From: an uncultured bacterium
GTDB taxonomy: Bacteria > UBA8481
Length of the DNA stretch: 64,000 nt
Direction: 5' to 3'
NCBI GenBank assembly: GCA_964499705.1
Contig: CAZCME010000013.1
Coordinates: 45,217-109,216, forward strand
The notes under the pieces were generated by a model. The model had not been told where the DNA came from, ran no database searches, and was given only the letters and a program-made list of their open reading frames with translations. Shown piece by piece: positions 34,827-42,590 of this stretch. Numbering within the stretch: the stretch's first letter is position 1; every line of letters begins with the position of its first letter. The translations under genes and the position numbers were made by a program.

Positions 34827-35849
34827 CTAAACGACTAACTCCTGCTGCGTCAATGTTGGAATGTTGGAGAATGTCCCCCTGATTGCTTCGGCAAGGGCTC
34901 CTTTGCGCCTGTCTTTTCGCATGCGAGAAACGATCATCGAATAATAACCATTCGGGTGGCGATCGCCGTCCTCATGCTGGATACGGTCGTAGGTCCAGCG
35001 GGCCAGCTCATGCGCAATGTAGATCGTGAGTTCGCGGTGCATCGCCTCGATCGACGACCATGCCTGGCGGCGCATTTCGGATGTGGCCATGACGAACCGG
35101 TCGGCCATCTGCTGAAGATCGCTCCAGGACCACGACACGGCGTCGCGGTCCATCGTGCGTCGCTTTCTGGTTTCTTCGAACCGCTGACGGCGTTCCGTCT
35201 GGAGTTCGATACGCTTTCGAAATAGATGCGAGCTCATGAAACGGCCGTTATGGCCCTCGCGAAACAGTGTTTCGTTGGATTCTGCGTTGAGTTCATTGAA
35301 CCATCTGTCCAATACGCCCAACTGTTTAACATGATCGAAGGAGGAGATGTTCTTTCCGAAGAGTTGCTCGGCGAGCAGATGCCGGTCGACGCGATTTCTC
35401 TGGGTTCCCATGCCCAGCATTTCCCGCGCACTGCACCAAGGATAAAGAAGCGGATCGCGTACGAAACCGGCACGGACTGGATTGAGGATGATGTAGGCGA
35501 CGACGGTTTCAAAGTAGGACTCCGTCTCGATGACGAGCGACTTCGATCTGCCCTGGAAGAGGTGGCCGGTCCGGTCGTGGCGTCGGTTGAGTTCCTGAGA
35601 GGCGCGCGTCAAAAATCGCCGCAGGAATTCCGAAATGTCGCCGCCGGGCGTTCGAAGGCAGAAATGAAAATGATTCGGCATGAGACAATAGGCATACGTG
35701 ACGACGCGAAACATCTTTGCCGACTCGAAATAGAGATCGAGAAATCGACGGTAATCGGACTCGTGCTGGAAGAACGGGTGCTTGTCGACGAAGCGATTGA
35801 GGACGTGGTAGACGGCGTCCTTGTAGGCGATGCGTGGACCTCTGGACAT
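34827..35849 (-). CDS. IS200-like Y1 (HUH) transposase, REP-associated tyrosine transposase (RAYT)-like
   Basis: 340-aa ORF; HUH motif CLMPNHFHFCL and tyrosine motif VAYIILNPVRAGFV align by eye with the PEHMHCIW and YIYINPVK regions of E. coli RayT; N-terminal AVYHVLNR. C-terminal codons read through a repeat copy. Confidence 0.75.
   Translation of the reverse strand: MSRGPRIAYKDAVYHVLNRFVDKHPFFQHESDYRRFLDLYFESAKMFRVVTYAYCLMPNHFHFCLRTPGGDISEFLRRFLTRASQELNRRHDRTGHLFQGRSKSLVIETESYFETVVAYIILNPVRAGFVRDPLLYPWCSAREMLGMGTQRNRVDRHLLAEQLFGKNISSFDHVKQLGVLDRWFNELNAESNETLFREGHNGRFMSSHLFRKRIELQTERRQRFEETRKRRTMDRDAVSWSWSDLQQMADRFVMATSEMRRQAWSSIEAMHRELTIYIAHELARWTYDRIQHEDGDRHPNGYYSMIVSRMRKDRRKGALAEAIRGTFSNIPTLTQQELVV
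34851..34878 (+). repeat. 28-bp REP-like repeat, copy 4
   Basis: Exact CAATGTTGGAATGTTGGAGAATGTCCCC; inverted partner of copy 3 with a 193-bp spacer; lies inside the last ~17 codons of the transposase ORF. Confidence 0.8.
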
Positions 35850-35860
35850 GGCGATGTCTC

Positions 35861-36202
35861 CTATCGGCTTGCGGTGCGGTCGAAATAGTCGCGGACGATG
35901 TTACGGAAGCGTGTGGATCGATGAGGAAGTTCGGCGAGCCATCGCATGTATGTCGGGTCGCGCCGGCTGATCTCCTCGAGCGACCGGCCGCGATGCTTGC
36001 CGAACGCGATTCGATGCGACCTGCCGTGGGGAATCAAACCGGATCGCTTCCGTTCGAAGTTATCGCTGCAGGCGGCTGAATAGACCTCGTCGGCCTTCCG
36101 GAAGGCTTCGTCTTCCGATAGGCCGATACTTCTGAAAATTCCGAATGCACAGGCGCGATCCTGCTCCGGGCTGGTCACTTTCCGCCGATCCTGTTTCGCC
36201 AT
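35861..36202 (-). CDS. Small protein with exodeoxyribonuclease X C-terminal-like (DUF3820-like) motif
   Basis: ORF 35861..36373 trimmed to Met 36202 (MAKQDRRKVTSP...); IAFGKHRGRSLEEISRRDPTYMRWLAEL resembles the FGKYKG...DP.YL.WL motif of that family (recalled, not searched). Confidence 0.45.
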   Translation of the reverse strand: MAKQDRRKVTSPEQDRACAFGIFRSIGLSEDEAFRKADEVYSAACSDNFERKRSGLIPHGRSHRIAFGKHRGRSLEEISRRDPTYMRWLAELPHRSTRFRNIVRDYFDRTASR

Positions 36203-36286
36203 TGTGGTCTCCTTTCGTGATTGAGTGTCATACAGAGCAGAAGTTGTGCCGGCAGAAGTGCTTATTTTCCAGCAAGAGCATATCCG

Positions 36287-36332
36287 GAAAAGTGTCGAAT
36301 CCTGGACACATGTCCAGAATTCGACACTTTTC
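36287..36332. promoter_or_regulatory. 46-bp imperfect dyad symmetry, candidate operator
   Basis: GAAAAGTGTCGAAT-CCTGGACA-CA-TGTCCAGA-ATTCGACACTTTTC; 14-bp outer arms perfect, inner arms 7 of 8; located ~85 bp upstream of the small gene preceding the transposase. Confidence 0.3.
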
Positions 36333-36551
36333 ACGCACAGGATTCTCAGGATCAACAGGATGAAAACCGGCAAATCATATATTTTGAACGTTCATCCTAT
36401 CCTGTGGATCCTGCTCAATATTGAAGCGAAAATAATATTTGCAGTGGCTATAGAGCTCGGGTATTGACTACGGGGACAGATATTTCTTGGATTGGAGCGC
36501 AGCCAGGATTTTGACTGCCGGCTGCAAAAATGTGTTCTATGATGAAAATGG

Positions 36552-37496
36552 ATGAAAATGGGCCGTCCAATCACTTTTCAGTTGTTGATTGGATCTATTC
36601 TTTTACTTTTTGCCGACGAAGGTCCCGCCGGAATCTGCCTTCTCTATTTCAGTCAGAACATCGCTACTTTTGGTCGAATTGCGTTTCATTCACGATCCAG
36701 ACGAATGATCGCGCTCGGCCTCATTCTTATTTTGGTTCAGATATTTTTTTGCATGAAACTTTTCTTTGCTCTCACGCTAGACACATTCGAGTTGCTTCTT
36801 CGCAACAACTTTATTCCTGCCGTTTTCGTTTTCTTCCTCGAAGGTGCGACAGTCGATGAGGCAATGGCGAAGCGCGCCGGCTTTTGGATCTTTCTAATTA
36901 ACTGGGCGATTCTCTCGGCCGGTATGATTGCGTTTGCTCGACTAAAAGCTGAGCACCACCTTCAATTCGCTATCATTGCGTTGGTAGCTCTCTGCAAAGG
37001 ACTGTCGCAACTGGCGCCAACATTGCGTGAAAACCGCAAGCGAACTCCGTTTGGGCACGCGGCATACGGGGTACTCGTTCTGATAATGCTATTCGGTTTC
37101 TATCACACAATTGGAAGCGAGCGTCCATCTGTTGATTACGCGGGCGCGCTTGAACGTGCATTAACGACAGGCGATTCAGAACAAGCGATTGCGCTTTTGC
37201 AATTAACCAATCCTTCCGGGCAAATCGTGGTCGCCCACCAGGTCGACGGCACACCTGCAATCGAGCTCGCGCTGCAATCTCAGTTGCCGCAGGTTCGCAA
37301 AGCGGCAATTAGAACGTATGAGGTCTGGATGATCAACGCCGTCGATCGGGATCCATCCGATCGTGATGACCTTGAACGTCGCTACAAATCTCACATGACC
37401 CCGCTACTGTCCGATCCTGTATCAAGAATTCAAGAACTGGCGAGGGAAGCATATGAAAATCCAAAAGGCTATTCGGGATGGAGAAGCCCGTTCTAA
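36552..37496 (+). CDS. Hypothetical membrane protein with C-terminal helical-repeat region
   Basis: 314-aa ORF in an AT-richer stretch; several hydrophobic helices then a soluble C-terminal part (ALLQLTNPSGQIVVAHQVDGTPAIELALQSQLPQVRKAAIRTYEV); start uncertain. Confidence 0.45.
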   Translation: MKMGRPITFQLLIGSILLLFADEGPAGICLLYFSQNIATFGRIAFHSRSRRMIALGLILILVQIFFCMKLFFALTLDTFELLLRNNFIPAVFVFFLEGATVDEAMAKRAGFWIFLINWAILSAGMIAFARLKAEHHLQFAIIALVALCKGLSQLAPTLRENRKRTPFGHAAYGVLVLIMLFGFYHTIGSERPSVDYAGALERALTTGDSEQAIALLQLTNPSGQIVVAHQVDGTPAIELALQSQLPQVRKAAIRTYEVWMINAVDRDPSDRDDLERRYKSHMTPLLSDPVSRIQELAREAYENPKGYSGWRSPF

Positions 37497-37627
37497 TTTT
37501 CGTGACTGTGAAAGGAGATATTCTCTACATTCCTACATTTAAATAAATGAGTTGCAGAAGCGTCATTCCGGCGAATACAAAATTTGCATTTGCTCTGAAC
37601 AACTGCCTTCTCTAACTCCATCATCCT

Positions 37628-37655
37628 CAATGTTGGAATGTTGGAGAATGTCCCC
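37628..37655 (+). repeat. 28-bp REP-like repeat, copy 5
   Basis: Exact CAATGTTGGAATGTTGGAGAATGTCCCC ending 14 nt upstream of the STAS gene ATG. Confidence 0.8.
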
Positions 37656-37669
37656 CTATACTCCCTCTC

Positions 37670-38035
37670 ATGGAATTCGATCGCATACCGGGGGACACCG
37701 TCACTCGCTTCATTCTCTCAGGCTCCATGGAGACGGGGCGGTTCGAGCGGTTTCGCTTCGAGGCCAAGGATGCCGTCATCCCGCAGTCGCCCCACCTGAT
37801 GCTCGATGTGTCCGGCGTCGACTTCATCGATTCGTGCGGGATCGGGACGATGATCGAGCTCTTCAAGCACACGAAACTCCACGGCGGGGAGCTCATCATC
37901 GCGGGAATGCAGGAGCACCTCGTCAAGCTCTTCCAGATGCTGAAGCTCGATACGTTCTTCACCATGGTGCCCGACTTATCCGCCGGAGAAGCTCTGCTGG
38001 CGAAGATTCGCCGCAGGGATCAGGGCGTGTCATGA
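37670..38035 (+). CDS. STAS-domain protein (anti-sigma-factor antagonist-like)
   Basis: 121-aa ORF; LMLDVSGVDFIDSCGIGTMIELFKHTKLHGGELIIAGMQEHLVKLFQMLKLDTFF is a SpoIIAA/STAS pattern. Confidence 0.75.
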   Translation: MEFDRIPGDTVTRFILSGSMETGRFERFRFEAKDAVIPQSPHLMLDVSGVDFIDSCGIGTMIELFKHTKLHGGELIIAGMQEHLVKLFQMLKLDTFFTMVPDLSAGEALLAKIRRRDQGVS

Positions 38036-39477
38036 CGCCGGAGAACGACAAGGCTCCGGCGGAATCGGTTTTGCCCGGGTCCGCGTCCCCGAAAACCGCT
38101 CAGCTCGAATCGATCTTCTCCCAGCTCGACAAGATCCAGAAGCAGGTTTCACTGACGAGGCACGAGCGGCCGATGACGGAGATGTTCTTCGAAGTGCGCG
38201 AGCGGAAGTCGGTCCTCTTCGCCAACATATCCCGCGCCGTTCTGAAAAGCCTTTCCAGCCACGATCGTATGATGACAATGATCCGCAGCTCCATGTCGCG
38301 GGAGGAAAAATCGCGCGAATTGAAGGCGAGTTCCGCGGTCATTCTTCAGGATGTACTCTCCGCACTGGCAGCATCGCTGACGACGCGCGAGAAGGAACTC
38401 GTCCTCCTGGAGATCATCGACGAGGTCCTCGGCCTGGGCCCCATCGAGCAGCTGATCCGGGACCGGGAGATCGGGGAGATCATGATCAACGGGCCGGACT
38501 TCATTTTCATCGAGCGGCGCGGCAAGATCGAGCTTACTCCGCTGAAATTCCAGGATACCGAGCACCTCATGAAGACGGTGGAGAAGATCCTCTCGCCGGT
38601 GGGCCGCCGCGTGAACGAGTCGACTCCCTGTGTCGACGCGCGCCTGGCGGACGGCTCGCGCGTCCACGTCGCCATCGCTCCGGTCGCCCTGAACGGCCCT
38701 CTCGTGACGATCCGGAAATTCCCGGAGCGCGCATTGACGCTCGACGACTTGATCGACGCGGGCACGCTCTCTCCGGCCATGGCGGATTTCCTGAAATGCT
38801 GCGTGGAAGGACAGTTGAATATTCTCGTGTCCGGAGGAACCGGCAGCGGAAAAACCACGCTCTTGAATGTGCTCGGCATGTTCATCCCGAGCGGAGAGCG
38901 GATCGTCGTCATCGAGGATTCGGCGGAACTGCAGATCCACCGGATGCACGTCAACGTCGCGCGACTGGAATCCAAGCTGGCCAACATGGAAGGGCGGGGC
39001 GAGATCCCGATCCGCGAATTATTGAGGAACGCGCTCAGGATGCGGCCAGACAGGATCGTCATCGGCGAGGTACGCGGAGGCGAAGCGTTCGAGATGCTGC
39101 AGGCGATGAACACCGGGCATGACGGCTCTCTTTCCACGGCGCACGCGAATTCGCCGATGGACATGATCCACAGGCTGGAAGGGATGTGCCTGATGGCGGG
39201 GCTCGACCTTCCGATTCCTGTCATCCGGCGGATGATCGCGGGAGGCCTCAACCTCATCATCCAACAGAACCGCCTGAAGGATGGAACTCGCCGAATGGTG
39301 GAAATCTCCGAGGTTGCCGGCATGGAGGACGGTCACGTCAAACTCCAGTCGCTCTGGAAATTCCGTTCGACCGGAACCGACGCGCGGGGAAGAATCGCGG
39401 GAGCGTTCGATCGATCGGCTCACCAGCCCAAGTGTCTCGACAAGCTCGTCTCGGCGGCGACGGAACTGAACCTGTAG
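38032..39477 (+). CDS. CpaF/TadA/VirB11-family secretion ATPase, orphan
   Basis: ATG 38032 overlaps the STAS stop (ATGA); Walker A VSGGTGSGKTTLLN, Walker B/Asp box IVVIEDSAEL, His box GHDGSLSTAHANS. The upstream 160 codons of track ORF 37552..39477 are out-of-frame read-through. Confidence 0.8.
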   Translation: MTPENDKAPAESVLPGSASPKTAQLESIFSQLDKIQKQVSLTRHERPMTEMFFEVRERKSVLFANISRAVLKSLSSHDRMMTMIRSSMSREEKSRELKASSAVILQDVLSALAASLTTREKELVLLEIIDEVLGLGPIEQLIRDREIGEIMINGPDFIFIERRGKIELTPLKFQDTEHLMKTVEKILSPVGRRVNESTPCVDARLADGSRVHVAIAPVALNGPLVTIRKFPERALTLDDLIDAGTLSPAMADFLKCCVEGQLNILVSGGTGSGKTTLLNVLGMFIPSGERIVVIEDSAELQIHRMHVNVARLESKLANMEGRGEIPIRELLRNALRMRPDRIVIGEVRGGEAFEMLQAMNTGHDGSLSTAHANSPMDMIHRLEGMCLMAGLDLPIPVIRRMIAGGLNLIIQQNRLKDGTRRMVEISEVAGMEDGHVKLQSLWKFRSTGTDARGRIAGAFDRSAHQPKCLDKLVSAATELNL

Positions 39478-39535
39478 TTCCCGGTCATGGCTCATCATTT
39501 CCCGTCGTCAATTCCGCGAAAGCGGGACTGACGAA

Positions 39536-40237
39536 TTATTCCATCAGGTTGTACTTCACGATGTGCCGGAACGCGGCGACGCCGTCTTTCCACGTGATCT
39601 TCTTGCCTTCGTCGTAAGTCCGGCCGAAGTAGGAGATCGGGATTTCGAAGATCCGGGCTCGCGCTTTCGCCACCTTGGCGGTCAGTTCGGGCTCAATGCC
39701 GAAACGGTTTTCCTTCAGGTTCAAACTCTTCAAAAGCGGCGCGCGGAACGCCTTGTAGCCGGTCTCCATGTCGGTAAGGTTGATGTTCGAGAATGCGTTC
39801 GACATGAGCGTCAGGAACATGTTACCGAGATAATGCCAGAAGTACAGGACACGGTGGGGACCTCCGAGAAAGCGCGAGCCGTACACGACGTCGGCGTCGT
39901 TGTTGAGAATGGGAGCGATGAGCGCGGCAATGTCCTTGGGATCGTATTCGAGATCGGCGTCCTGGATGACGATGATATCGCCCGACGCCAGGGCGATGCC
40001 TTCGCGAAGGGCCGCCCCTTTCCCGCGGTTGACGGGGCAGTATTTCGTCACGAGTTTCGCGACCGGATGCGCTTCCGTGTATTCGCGGATCCGGTCCGGA
40101 GTGCCGTCCTGCGACGCATCGTCGACGATGATGATCTCGGTGTCGTCCGCTCCAGTCTTGACCGCGCGGACCCGATCGAGGATCGTATGAATCGTATCGT
40201 GCTCGTTGTAAACGGGTATGACGATGGAAAGTTTCAT
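39536..40237 (-). CDS. Family 2 glycosyltransferase (Dpm1-like)
   Basis: ORF 39536..40273 trimmed to Met 40237 (MKLSIVIPVYNE...); IIVDDASQDGT and VIQDADLEYDP motifs. Confidence 0.8.
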   Translation of the reverse strand: MKLSIVIPVYNEHDTIHTILDRVRAVKTGADDTEIIIVDDASQDGTPDRIREYTEAHPVAKLVTKYCPVNRGKGAALREGIALASGDIIVIQDADLEYDPKDIAALIAPILNNDADVVYGSRFLGGPHRVLYFWHYLGNMFLTLMSNAFSNINLTDMETGYKAFRAPLLKSLNLKENRFGIEPELTAKVAKARARIFEIPISYFGRTYDEGKKITWKDGVAAFRHIVKYNLME

Positions 40238-40247
40238 GGCCATGCTC

Positions 40248-41003
40248 CTAGATCGATCCATTCGCCGGCGCAAAATGCCGGTCCGTCGCCACCCCGATGC
40301 GATGCATCGAGAAGCGTAAAAGGCGCCACAAGATGTTGAGGCCGTATTTCACGGAGCGTTGGAAATTGATCTGCGACGCTTCGTCGAAATAGCGCGTCTC
40401 GATGGGGATCTCGACGAAACGCATTCCCGCCTGGATGCCCTGCAGGATGATCTCCGTGTCGAATATGAAGTCGTCGGAATTTTCGTCCATGCGGATCGCC
40501 TCGAGATATTTCCGCGTGTACGCGCGGAACCCGGAGTGGATCTCCGTCAGGTACACGCAACACGTGATGTTGAAGATCGCGGTCAGGGCGACATTCGCGA
40601 CGAATTTCCACTTCGGCATGCCTCCCTCGTTGAAGCGGCCACCCAGCATGCGGGAACCGAACGCGGCGTCGGCGCGACCTTCCTTCAAGGGAGCCAGCAG
40701 ATCGGGGATCATGCGGGGATCATACTGGTGGTCGGGATGGACCATCACGACGATGTCGGCGCCGCGATCCAGCGCGGTCCGGTAACACGTCTTCTGATTC
40801 CCTCCATAGCCGCGGTTTCTGGGATGGACCGTCACTTCGATTCCCAGGGATCGGGCCTTCTCCACGGTCTTGTCCCGCGAAGCGTCGTCGACACAGAGCA
40901 CATGATCAAAGTGGCCCTGCGGTAGGTCGTGGTACGTGCGCTCGATCGTCTTCTCCGCGTTGTACGCGGGCATCACGATCCAGACAACCGGGTTCCTGTC
41001 CAT
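40248..41003 (-). CDS. Family 2 glycosyltransferase
   Basis: 251-aa ORF with VWIVMPAYNAEKTI, LCVDDASRD and VVMVHPDHQYDP motifs. Confidence 0.8.
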   Translation of the reverse strand: MDRNPVVWIVMPAYNAEKTIERTYHDLPQGHFDHVLCVDDASRDKTVEKARSLGIEVTVHPRNRGYGGNQKTCYRTALDRGADIVVMVHPDHQYDPRMIPDLLAPLKEGRADAAFGSRMLGGRFNEGGMPKWKFVANVALTAIFNITCCVYLTEIHSGFRAYTRKYLEAIRMDENSDDFIFDTEIILQGIQAGMRFVEIPIETRYFDEASQINFQRSVKYGLNILWRLLRFSMHRIGVATDRHFAPANGSI

Positions 41004-41012
41004 TCAGGAAAT

Positions 41013-42509
41013 CTAGCGACTCGGCGACTTCGGAGCAAGGGGGACGAGATCGGGGGGCAGGGACTTGTACACGACGAAAAGAATGCGACTGTCGAGATCG
41101 TGGGAGGCGAAGTCAATATTCCTGGCTACAAGGAGCCGTTCCCAATTTCTCGTGTTCGCGTCATCCGGCAATAAGACCGCGGGGCGCTCCGCACGCCGCA
41201 ACTGTTCCGTCCACACAGGACGTCGGTCACTGGAATTGGGAGGCATTGTCGCGGACACGGGGATCCGCCCCAGCAGGCGAAATCCGATCGGATAACCGAG
41301 ATCGTAGTCCGCATACAACCCGTCCGCGCCCGCCCGTAGGATGATGTCCGCGGCGCGGCCGACAACGGGATGGGGGGCGAACGCGGCAATCATGCGGACA
41401 TCCGCATACAACGAGACCACGACGAGCGGAATCAGAACGCAGCGCGCGCCGTACTTGCCGAAAGCCTGAACGGCGACGACGAGCGCGATCGCTACCGTGG
41501 TCCACTGGCGATCGCGCGTCAGATTACCCGCAAGATTGAATAGAAGCAGCGCGACGAGGAAGGAAAGAACAAGGATGCCCCATTCGCTCCCCTGCCTGTG
41601 AAGGAGAACGCCGCCCCAGACAGCCAGTCCCAGAAGGATAACGGCTCCAGCGAGACCTCCGCAGGGCGAGAACAGATTCGACAGCCCCAGCATCGTCTCC
41701 ATGATCCACTGAGGCACCTGGCCGACGCGGCCCATCATCGCGTCCCACAGATTCGACTGGGCCGTCGCGTCCAGCGATCGCCCTCCCAAGCGCCGGAATG
41801 TGGCGCCCGGAGCGATGGAGAGATTATATATCCAGAACGGCAGGCTCCCCGCCATGAAGCCCGCGCACATCGACAAGCAACCCTTCACGTGGAGGGAGCG
41901 CTTCCAGAGGAGAAGCACAAGACCTGAAATAAGAAAGGGCAGGCCAAGCCAGAGGATCATGAAAGACGCTCCCATTAGAAAGCCCGCGGCCAGGAAATCG
42001 CGCGAGCGAAGGGAGCGGGAAGCCGCGATGCACATGATCCAGATGGCGAAACCCAGGCAATACGTCTCGGGATAGCCTCCGTGGGCTGTTGTCGAGAGCA
42101 AGAACATGGTGGGAAGCGAAGCCGCCATCGCCATGGCGGCCAGGTAGGAATTGAAAGTATCGAACGCGCGACGCAGTGACAAGAACACAAGGGGAGCCAG
42201 CACGGCGTCATAGAGGAGCGTAGGCAGACGAAAAGAGAAGGGGCTCGGTCCATACCAGGCCATGAACGGTATGCTCAGGTAGGAAATGAGCGCCGACGCA
42301 TAATGCGCGCCCCAGCAATAGAGGGGATATTCCTCCCCTCGCGCGATCGCGAATGCCATGAGACCGAATACGCTTTCGTCTCCGGACAATTCGCTGCGGG
42401 AAATGAGCGGCAGGCGGAGTAGAATCGCGAACGCTCCGGTCACCAGGGCGGGAAACATCAGATTGGAGGATGGATCACGCGCGGTTTCGGGAGAAGGAGA
42501 AGCGCTCAC
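41013..42509 (-). CDS. Polytopic membrane glycosyltransferase-like protein (ArnT/PMT-like)
   Basis: 498-aa ORF, about 12 hydrophobic helices, located with the two GT2 genes; family assignment by architecture only. Confidence 0.5.
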   Translation of the reverse strand: MSASPSPETARDPSSNLMFPALVTGAFAILLRLPLISRSELSGDESVFGLMAFAIARGEEYPLYCWGAHYASALISYLSIPFMAWYGPSPFSFRLPTLLYDAVLAPLVFLSLRRAFDTFNSYLAAMAMAASLPTMFLLSTTAHGGYPETYCLGFAIWIMCIAASRSLRSRDFLAAGFLMGASFMILWLGLPFLISGLVLLLWKRSLHVKGCLSMCAGFMAGSLPFWIYNLSIAPGATFRRLGGRSLDATAQSNLWDAMMGRVGQVPQWIMETMLGLSNLFSPCGGLAGAVILLGLAVWGGVLLHRQGSEWGILVLSFLVALLLFNLAGNLTRDRQWTTVAIALVVAVQAFGKYGARCVLIPLVVVSLYADVRMIAAFAPHPVVGRAADIILRAGADGLYADYDLGYPIGFRLLGRIPVSATMPPNSSDRRPVWTEQLRRAERPAVLLPDDANTRNWERLLVARNIDFASHDLDSRILFVVYKSLPPDLVPLAPKSPSR

Positions 42510-42590
42510 GCGCCGATAATACAGTGTCAGGCCGCCTCATTGCCATATTCAATGTGGTCATGTGACGGCCCGGCATCGTAGAATGCCGGC

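Larger units (their letters stand above)
34630..35849 (-). mobile_element. Candidate REPIN/RAYT unit (inverted REP doublet plus Y1 transposase gene)
   Basis: Inverted repeat doublet immediately 3' of, and overlapping, an IS200-like HUH transposase gene; extent of any mobile unit is not defined by the sequence alone. Confidence 0.35.

Noticed and set aside
37552-38031. N-terminal 160 codons of track ORF 37552..39477
   Set aside because: Read-through in the ATPase frame across the STAS gene, which is in a different frame; the ATPase homology starts at the ATG overlapping the STAS stop (38032).
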